Positions 1 to 4,039 of a DNA stretch of 6,779 nucleotides are shown here, piece by piece (position 1 is the stretch's first letter; each line of letters opens with the position of its first letter). Origin of the DNA: a virus; IMG/VR virus record IMGVR_UViG_3300045988_000418, positions 1 through 6,779 of that record, one strand, 5' to 3'. A program made the position numbers and the translations under genes. Under the pieces are notes generated by a model that saw only the letters and a list, made by a program, of their open reading frames with translations, had not been told where the DNA came from and did no database searches.

Positions 1-99
1 CCAGAAGCTAATGATGGTTTGGTTAAGGAAAATAACTCTCATGCGATTGCCGTTGGTGATAAGTATGTTTTTGGTATTAAATCATTGGCAACTGGTTCG
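1..99. repeat. Terminal redundancy, left copy (identical to 6681-6779); an artefact of linearising a circular genome
   Basis: Base-by-base comparison shows that ccagaagctaatgatggtttggttaaggaaaataactctcatgcgattgccgttggtgataagtatgtttttggtattaaatcattggcaactggttcg occurs at both window ends. Confidence 0.95.
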
Positions 100-972
100 T
101 CTCTTATGGGCTTTCGTGGTAAACTTGATGCTTCTTCGCTTTCAGTTAAGTTATCTGCCCTTCGCTCGGCAACGGCATTACAGAAGTACAAGGAGATTCA
201 GAATAGTAATGACCCTGACTTTGCTGCTCAGGTGCTTGCTCATTTTGGTATTAAGCCTAAAGTTGATTCTCGCACTTCTGTTTTTATTGGCGGTGATGAT
301 AAAACGCTTAGCATTAACCCACAGGTTAATACTAATTTTCAACAGGGTGGCTTGCCGGATATTAAAGCGATTGGTGTCGGTGATTTGTCTGCGGGTTGTA
401 AATTCACAGCGACTACTTATGGTATGATTATCGGTATTTATCGAGCTATTCCGCAGTTGGATTATGCGCATGTAGGAATTGATAGAAATTTGTTTAAGAC
501 TGACGCAACAGATTTCCCTATTCCGGAATTGGATTCTATCGGCATGCAGACACAGTATAGATGTGAGTTGAGTGCTCCTCTTATTGGTCTGTGTGAACAT
601 TATGTACCGTATAGAGAACTTAGTACCGCCATTAATATGTCTTTGACGTATGGTTACGCACCTCGTTATGCGGAATTAAAATCTGCTCGGGATTATTTTG
701 AGGGTGGCTTCTGTGGTACATATAAAACTTGGGTTACAGGTTATGACCAAGAGTTTCTCTCTCTGTGGCGTCGGAACTCTGATAATTCAGGTTCTGCAGG
801 ACCATTGTATGGTATTGATGACTTATTTAAGTGTCGCCCGTCTTTGCTCTATCCTATCTTTGTAAATCAATGGTCGGGTACAGTTAACGATGATAAACTT
901 CTTATTGGTAGTGTAAATACTTGTGTTGCGGTTCGTCCATTTAGTGTGTATGGATTGCCTTATAGTAAATAA
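1..972 (+). CDS. VP1: Major capsid protein (Microviridae VP1 / F-like), C-terminal 323 codons plus stop. This is the continuation of 5598..6779 across the circular junction.
   Basis: The frame is open from base 1 (cca gaa gct aat ...) to TAA at 970-972. The track entry 19..972 starts at an internal TTG only because the true start lies upstream of the linearisation point. After collapsing the 99-nt overlap, base 1 (=6681) is codon 362 of the ORF starting at 5598. Codon bias is strongly T-ending, as in the other phage genes. The C-terminal sequence (...YGYAPRYAELK...PFSVYGLPYSK) has the size and character of microvirus capsid proteins. Confidence 0.9.
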   Translation, partial: PEANDGLVKENNSHAIAVGDKYVFGIKSLATGSSLMGFRGKLDASSLSVKLSALRSATALQKYKEIQNSNDPDFAAQVLAHFGIKPKVDSRTSVFIGGDDKTLSINPQVNTNFQQGGLPDIKAIGVGDLSAGCKFTATTYGMIIGIYRAIPQLDYAHVGIDRNLFKTDATDFPIPELDSIGMQTQYRCELSAPLIGLCEHYVPYRELSTAINMSLTYGYAPRYAELKSARDYFEGGFCGTYKTWVTGYDQEFLSLWRRNSDNSGSAGPLYGIDDLFKCRPSLLYPIFVNQWSGTVNDDKLLIGSVNTCVAVRPFSVYGLPYSK

Positions 973-990
973 TTTAAAAATATTTTGATT

Positions 991-1440
991 ATGAAAGCTA
1001 AAGAAAAAGTCGTTTATGTTCCTCCTGTTTATGAGGAAGTACAGCATGAAGTCACTTCCGTAGATGATAATAATGTTCCTTTGCGAACTTCTTTTCATAC
1101 TGATGTATCTTTATTGCAACGTATTGATAATATGCGTGTTGATGCACAAACTCTGCGGGAAATTAAAGAATCGATGCAGCCTATGATTGACAATTCTAAT
1201 TTTCGTAATGAGTTCGAAGAGACTTTTGGTTCTTTGACTGATGATGAACTCATTAACTCTTGCCCTAGTCGCTATACGCAGACAGCTAGCGAAAAAATGA
1301 ACTATTTGAAAGAGTTGGCTGTTAAGGATAGAGAAGCACGTGATAAGGCTGCTGCTGCTGCTAAGGAGCAAGAAGAGAAAGATAAGATTGAGAATGAAAA
1401 TAAGGAGTTTCAAGCTCGACTTTTAGAAATCTTTAAGTAA
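991..1440 (+). CDS. Hypothetical 149-aa acidic protein with a Lys/Glu/Ala-rich predicted helical C-terminus. By position it is a candidate internal scaffolding (VP3-like) protein.
   Basis: ATG at 991 lies 18 nt after the VP1 stop; the track start at 985 is a TTG two codons upstream. The stop TAA at 1438-1440 overlaps the VP2 ATG (TAATG), implying translational coupling. Codons are T-ending biased. The C-terminal segment is KDREARDKAAAAAKEQEEKDKIENENKEFQARLLEIFK. I recognise no family motif, so the functional label is positional only. Confidence 0.75.
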   Translation: MKAKEKVVYVPPVYEEVQHEVTSVDDNNVPLRTSFHTDVSLLQRIDNMRVDAQTLREIKESMQPMIDNSNFRNEFEETFGSLTDDELINSCPSRYTQTASEKMNYLKELAVKDREARDKAAAAAKEQEEKDKIENENKEFQARLLEIFK

Positions 1441-2906
1441 TGTTGCCTATGTTATCTAATATGATTAATTGGAGTACTGCCGCTTTAGGCGGTGCTCCTT
1501 TTCGTTTGAATAAATGTACTGCTTTAGGTTCTGCTGGTAAAGGTGCTGCTGCAGGTGGTATTCTTGGCGGTGCTCCTGGTGCTCTTGTTGGTGGAGCTCT
1601 TGGTCTTGCGGGTAATTTAATTGGTGGTCTTTTTGGTAAGCATAATACCGACAAGACAAACGAGTGGAATTATAAAATTATGCAAGAGCAGAATCGCTTT
1701 AATGCTGAGGAAGCGGAGAAGACACGTAAATGGCAAGAATTGATGTATCAAATGTACGGTACGTCTTCTGCTAAGGCTAATGATTTGCGTGCTGCGGGGC
1801 TTAATGCTATGCTTGGTGACGTTTCTGCCAGTGGAAATGTTGGCAGTGGTGCTACTGCTACAGGTGCGGAATCTGCCCAGATGTTACCAACAGATTATGG
1901 CTTTATAGGTGATGCTTCAAATTCAGGTTTGGCTGCTTATAATACTACTCGTTCTGTTAATTCATCTGTTGCTTTGCAGAAATCTCAGGAGAATGTTAAT
2001 GAGTCTGTTAGGGGTGTAAATGAAGCTCAGAAAGGCCTTATTGAATCTCAAACTGCTATGCAAAAAATGACTTATAAATTCGCTCAAGATACTTATCAGA
2101 ATAGACTGTTACAAGAGCAATTTAAGGCTGAATTGTCTAATTGGCAAGGTTTTGATGCTATGTATGATGCTCGTCTCAAGGCTTTTAGTCTTTATAATGT
2201 CATGCCTCAAGAAGTTGAGAAGAACGTGGCTCAAACAATGTCGTTTTACGCTTCAGCCTTTCGTGATATTGCTGACGGTAAATATACGCTTAAACAGACT
2301 GAGAATTATGGACGTTGGCTCTCCATTCAGCAAACATTTGCTCATGCTGCTACTGTTCAAAGCAGTGCCGCATTAATGCAAGGTCGTGCTGCATTGACAA
2401 ATGCTAATGCTAACGCTTCTTATCTTAAAAAACTTGGTGGATATTATGGCTCTTTAACCTCTGGTCAGGATATGACAAATGAAATGTCTCGGTATTATAC
2501 TGATTTCATGTTAGGTAAAATGCCTATTAGTAAAGCCGAAAGTATTTTGCGTCAAACACCTTATAGACATTTACTTGATTTGAACATTCAACAAAATGAG
2601 TGGTCTTTAAACAAGTTGATGCAAGAGCCGGATTTGATACGTTCTTTGAGTGGTATGTACAAATCTGAAACATCTCTTACTAATAAGCGTGTTGATAGTT
2701 ATGATACTGATAAAATCTTTGAGCGTGGCGAATCTGTTTCCCGTATGGTTAAAAATATCTCTGATGGTATTAGTAACTTTGTGCCTAAACCTAGATTTAG
2801 TAAAGGCTCTTCTACAGGTGGCGGATCTACACCGCCGCCTAGCGGTAAATCATGGTTAGATGCTTATCGTGAAAATCCTAATTATAATCCTACAGGTTAT
2901 AAATGA
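1440..2906 (+). CDS. VP2: Minor capsid / DNA pilot protein (Microviridae VP2, H-like), 488 aa
   Basis: ATG at 1440 overlaps the upstream stop. The N-terminus is a Gly/Ala-rich glycine-zipper hydrophobic segment (GGAPF...GAAAGGILGGAPGALVGGALGLAGNLIGGLFG). It is followed by ...NRFNAEEAEKTRKWQELMYQMYGTSSAKANDLRAAGLNAML..., which matches the conserved R.W...AGLNPML-type block of gokusho/alpavirus VP2 proteins. A long Q/N/A-rich helical middle follows. The ORF ends in a double stop TGA TAA (2904-2909). Confidence 0.85.
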   Translation: MLPMLSNMINWSTAALGGAPFRLNKCTALGSAGKGAAAGGILGGAPGALVGGALGLAGNLIGGLFGKHNTDKTNEWNYKIMQEQNRFNAEEAEKTRKWQELMYQMYGTSSAKANDLRAAGLNAMLGDVSASGNVGSGATATGAESAQMLPTDYGFIGDASNSGLAAYNTTRSVNSSVALQKSQENVNESVRGVNEAQKGLIESQTAMQKMTYKFAQDTYQNRLLQEQFKAELSNWQGFDAMYDARLKAFSLYNVMPQEVEKNVAQTMSFYASAFRDIADGKYTLKQTENYGRWLSIQQTFAHAATVQSSAALMQGRAALTNANANASYLKKLGGYYGSLTSGQDMTNEMSRYYTDFMLGKMPISKAESILRQTPYRHLLDLNIQQNEWSLNKLMQEPDLIRSLSGMYKSETSLTNKRVDSYDTDKIFERGESVSRMVKNISDGISNFVPKPRFSKGSSTGGGSTPPPSGKSWLDAYRENPNYNPTGYK

Positions 2907-2912
2907 TAATTT

Positions 2913-2944
2913 GGGCGCAAAGGTTAGACCTCTGCGCCCTTTTT
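2913..2944 (+). terminator. Rho-independent terminator after VP2
   Basis: GGGCGCA (2913-2919) pairs with TGCGCCC (2933-2939). An inner AGG/CCT helix (2921-2923 / 2929-2931) has loop TTAGA. The hairpin is followed directly by TTTTT (2940-2944) and starts 7 nt after the VP2 stop codon. Confidence 0.8.
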
Positions 2945-3147
2945 GCTACGCTTTTTGTACTTTAATTAAAACTTTTTCTTGACACTACTAAATAATTTAG
3001 TTAAATATTTGTTAATTGTACGTTATATAATGCAAACACGTTCCCAGATAATTCTCATTCAACATAAATACCTTCCGTAAAAATCTATATTTTTCTTATG
3101 AAATAATAAAAATTTATATTATACTCTTAATGTGTCTGTTTTGTATT

Positions 3148-3180
3148 TGTGTGCGTGCGCATTTTATACGTACGTACACA
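3148..3180. repeat. Imperfect palindrome / hairpin made of alternating purine-pyrimidine tracts
   Basis: TGTGTGCGTGCG (3148-3159) pairs with CGTACGTACACA (3169-3180). That gives 12 stacked pairs: 10 Watson-Crick plus 2 G:T (3153:3175 and 3157:3171). The central segment is C-ATTTTAT-A. Both arms are strictly alternating R-Y, which gives Z-DNA-prone composition. Confidence 0.7.
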
Positions 3181-3310
3181 ATTTAACTAAACAGATACTT
3201 TATTTTGGTTTGTCTGCTAGAAAAACCTTAGCTTTGCGCGGAAAAGTTACAACATGCTATTAACTACCTTTTTATGAAAATTTTCTCTGAAAATTCCTAC
3301 TCTCTTGTTT

Positions 3311-3365
3311 GGGGTAGGCAAAAGCGGGAATACATATTTCCTAGTTACTGCGCTTTTGTTCCCCC
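3311..3365. repeat. Compound stem-loop (long-range inverted repeat enclosing a small inner hairpin)
   Basis: CAAAAGCG (3319-3326) is perfectly complementary to CGCTTTTG (3351-3358). The helix is extendable by G:T pairs (3317/3318 with 3360/3359) and a GGGG (3311-3314) / CCCC(C) (3361-3365) clamp. An inner GGAA (3327-3330) / TTCC (3338-3341) helix has loop TACATAT. The element ends 28 nt upstream of the TAAATTTG promoter box. Confidence 0.55.
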
Positions 3366-3392
3366 TGTAACTATTTTCTTAAATAGTATTAA

Positions 3393-3400
3393 TAAATTTG
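3393..3400 (+). promoter_or_regulatory. Bacteroidota-type -7 promoter element (TAnnTTTG)
   Basis: TAAATTTG is an exact match to the Bacteroides -7 consensus TAnnTTTG. It sits 33 nt upstream of the first ATG (3434) of the gene string and just downstream of the ORF-free region. There is no TTTG at the canonical -33 spacing; the nearest (3355-3358) is too far, so only half of the bipartite consensus is present. Confidence 0.5.
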
Positions 3401-3433
3401 GTACTTACAAAAACTTTTCTTTATCTTTGCAGC

Positions 3434-3649
3434 ATGAAAAAGGAAGTTATTAAAATTATCATTAAAGTAGCATTGTATGCACTTGGTTTGATAGCTGCTT
3501 ATTTTGGTGTCTCTACCATGACATCATGCAGTACGTCTCACAATGTAGTTGCCAGTGGTCGCACTACTATTGTATCTGTTGATACCACAATTGTTAAACA
3601 TGATGGTTCCGTCCATTCTAAAAATTTTAAGCCTTATGGTAAAAATTAA
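3434..3649 (+). CDS. Small predicted lipoprotein / membrane-anchored protein, 71 aa, orphan
   Basis: The first ATG in the track ORF 3398..3649 is at 3434; the track start is a TTG inside the promoter box. The sequence MKKEVIKIIIK-VALYALGLIAAYFGVSTMTS-C32-STSHNV... has a basic n-region, a hydrophobic h-region and a Cys (TGC 3527-3529) in a relaxed lipobox (MTSC). A Ser/Thr/Val-rich 39-aa tail follows. Codons are T-ending biased like the core genes. Confidence 0.6.
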   Translation: MKKEVIKIIIKVALYALGLIAAYFGVSTMTSCSTSHNVVASGRTTIVSVDTTIVKHDGSVHSKNFKPYGKN

Positions 3650-3815
3650 TTCTCGTTGTTTCATCGTAGAAGTTAACGGTGTTCAGTATGTAGTTAAGTA
3701 TGGCAAAATTGATGAATTTATTTGTTTGTTTTTGCCTAGTGTAGTTATCATTCAGTCAATGATTTCTTCACCTGTTTCTTGGGAACATGAATATCAATGG
3801 TACAAACGTATTTAG
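3636..3815 (+). CDS. Hypothetical small protein (59 aa from ATG 3636; alternative in-frame ATGs at 3600 and 3603)
   Basis: This is the only open frame covering 3650-3815. It has clear T-ending codon bias (att aat tct cgt tgt ... gtt tct). ATG 3636 overlaps the end of the preceding ORF by 14 nt. The stop is TAG at 3813-3815. I recognise no motifs, and the track start at 3549 is a non-ATG. Confidence 0.45.
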   Translation: MVKINSRCFIVEVNGVQYVVKYGKIDEFICLFLPSVVIIQSMISSPVSWEHEYQWYKRI

Positions 3816-3827
3816 TTTTTTTTGCTT

Positions 3828-4037
3828 ATGACGGCTAAAGATTATTTGACTGCTCTCAAAGTTATTAGAGAGATTCAGCGCAAACAGGCATATTGTAGTG
3901 GTCAATCTAAACCCTATCTTGCTGATACATTGAAAGAGATTGAAATGTATTGTCCCTTGGATTTTTCCAAAACTGGCGGTCGTGTTACTGAGAAGGTAAT
4001 TTTAAGTTGTTATAATGGTGATTTATTTAGTACATAA
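3828..4037 (+). CDS. Hypothetical small protein, 69 aa, immediately upstream of rep
   Basis: ATG at 3828; the track start 3822 is a TTG two codons upstream. TAA at 4035-4037 lies 2 nt before the VP4 ATG. Codons are T-ending biased. The sequence is MTAKDYLTALKVIREIQRKQAYCSGQ..., with no recognisable family motif. Confidence 0.55.
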   Translation: MTAKDYLTALKVIREIQRKQAYCSGQSKPYLADTLKEIEMYCPLDFSKTGGRVTEKVILSCYNGDLFST

Positions 4038-4039
4038 TT

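Larger units (their letters stand above)
2945..3392. other. Long AT-rich non-coding region lying between the terminator and the promoter box
   Basis: There is no ORF of 60 codons or more on either strand in the supplied track. Only very short ATG ORFs (16-18 codons) and one 59-codon ORF (3274-3453) are visible by eye. The region contains the 10-bp palindromes TTTAATTAAA (2961-2970) and GAAAATTTTC (3276-3285), a direct repeat TGAAAATT (3275-3282 and 3288-3295), and the two hairpins listed separately. Confidence 0.7.

Noticed and set aside
1-99. The terminal direct repeats as LTR-like, transposon or att duplications
   Set aside because: The copies are 100 percent identical, sit exactly at the window ends, and lie inside a single continuous ORF. 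This is the standard signature of a circular contig assembled with overlap, not of a mobile-element boundary.
11-427. 138-aa + strand ORF (alternative frame inside the capsid gene), very Leu/Val/Phe-rich and membrane-like; superficially reminiscent of an overprinted phiX174 E-type lysis gene
   Set aside because: Its composition is what results from reading T-ending capsid codons out of frame, since T shifts into the second codon position and gives Leu/Phe/Val. There is no accompanying change in capsid codon usage, unlike the rep case. It starts inside the artificial terminal repeat. It would only be worth revisiting if conserved in relatives.
178-1659. Minus-strand ORFs 178..600, 823..1098, 1111..1413, 1433..1654 and 1465..1659 (also 4046..4228)
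   Set aside because: All are antisense to strongly supported genes, and Microviridae encode all genes on one strand. Their sequences are low-complexity mirror images of the sense codon bias. For example, the Pro/Arg/Ala-rich 1433..1654 ORF is the complement of the Gly/Ala-rich VP2 N-terminus. They have no independent start context or motifs.
2152-2859. Plus-strand alternative-frame ORFs 2152..2376 (74 aa) and 2650..2859 (69 aa) inside VP2
   Set aside because: They are short and Leu-rich, as expected of off-frame translations, and there is no local perturbation of VP2 codon usage.
2977-3000. Possible phiX174-like origin: CTTGA followed by AT-rich TAAATAAT, compared with phiX174 ori CAACTTGATATTAATAAC
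   Set aside because: Only about 5 contiguous bases match, which is expected by chance. The phiX174 origin lies inside gene A rather than in an intergenic region, and non-Bullavirinae origins are undefined.
2979-3007. Perfect sigma-70 style -35 hexamer TTGACA (2979-2984) with a weak -10-like TTAAAT/TAAATA 16-17 nt downstream
   Set aside because: The -10 match is poor and no gene follows for more than 400 nt. The other signals suggest a Bacteroidota host that does not use the TTGACA/TATAAT consensus. It could still drive a small RNA, but there is no support from sequence alone.
3274-3453. 59-codon ATG ORF (MKIFSENSYSLVWGRQKREYIFPSYCAFVPPVTIF...) spanning the compound hairpin and promoter box and overlapping the lipoprotein start
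   Set aside because: It is below the track threshold. It runs through the best promoter element and the 3311-3365 structure. Its T-ending tendency is not clearly above the T-richness of the surrounding non-coding DNA. I cannot exclude it, but comparative evidence would be needed.
3398-3815. Track start coordinates 3398 (TTG) and 3549 (non-ATG) for the two small ORFs, implying 83-aa and 88-aa proteins with a 100-nt overlap
   Set aside because: The 3398 TTG lies inside the TAAATTTG promoter box and the N-terminal extension adds nothing recognisable, whereas ATG 3434 yields a canonical signal peptide. For the second ORF, the ATGs at 3600, 3603 or 3636 are more plausible than a non-ATG start deep inside the upstream gene.
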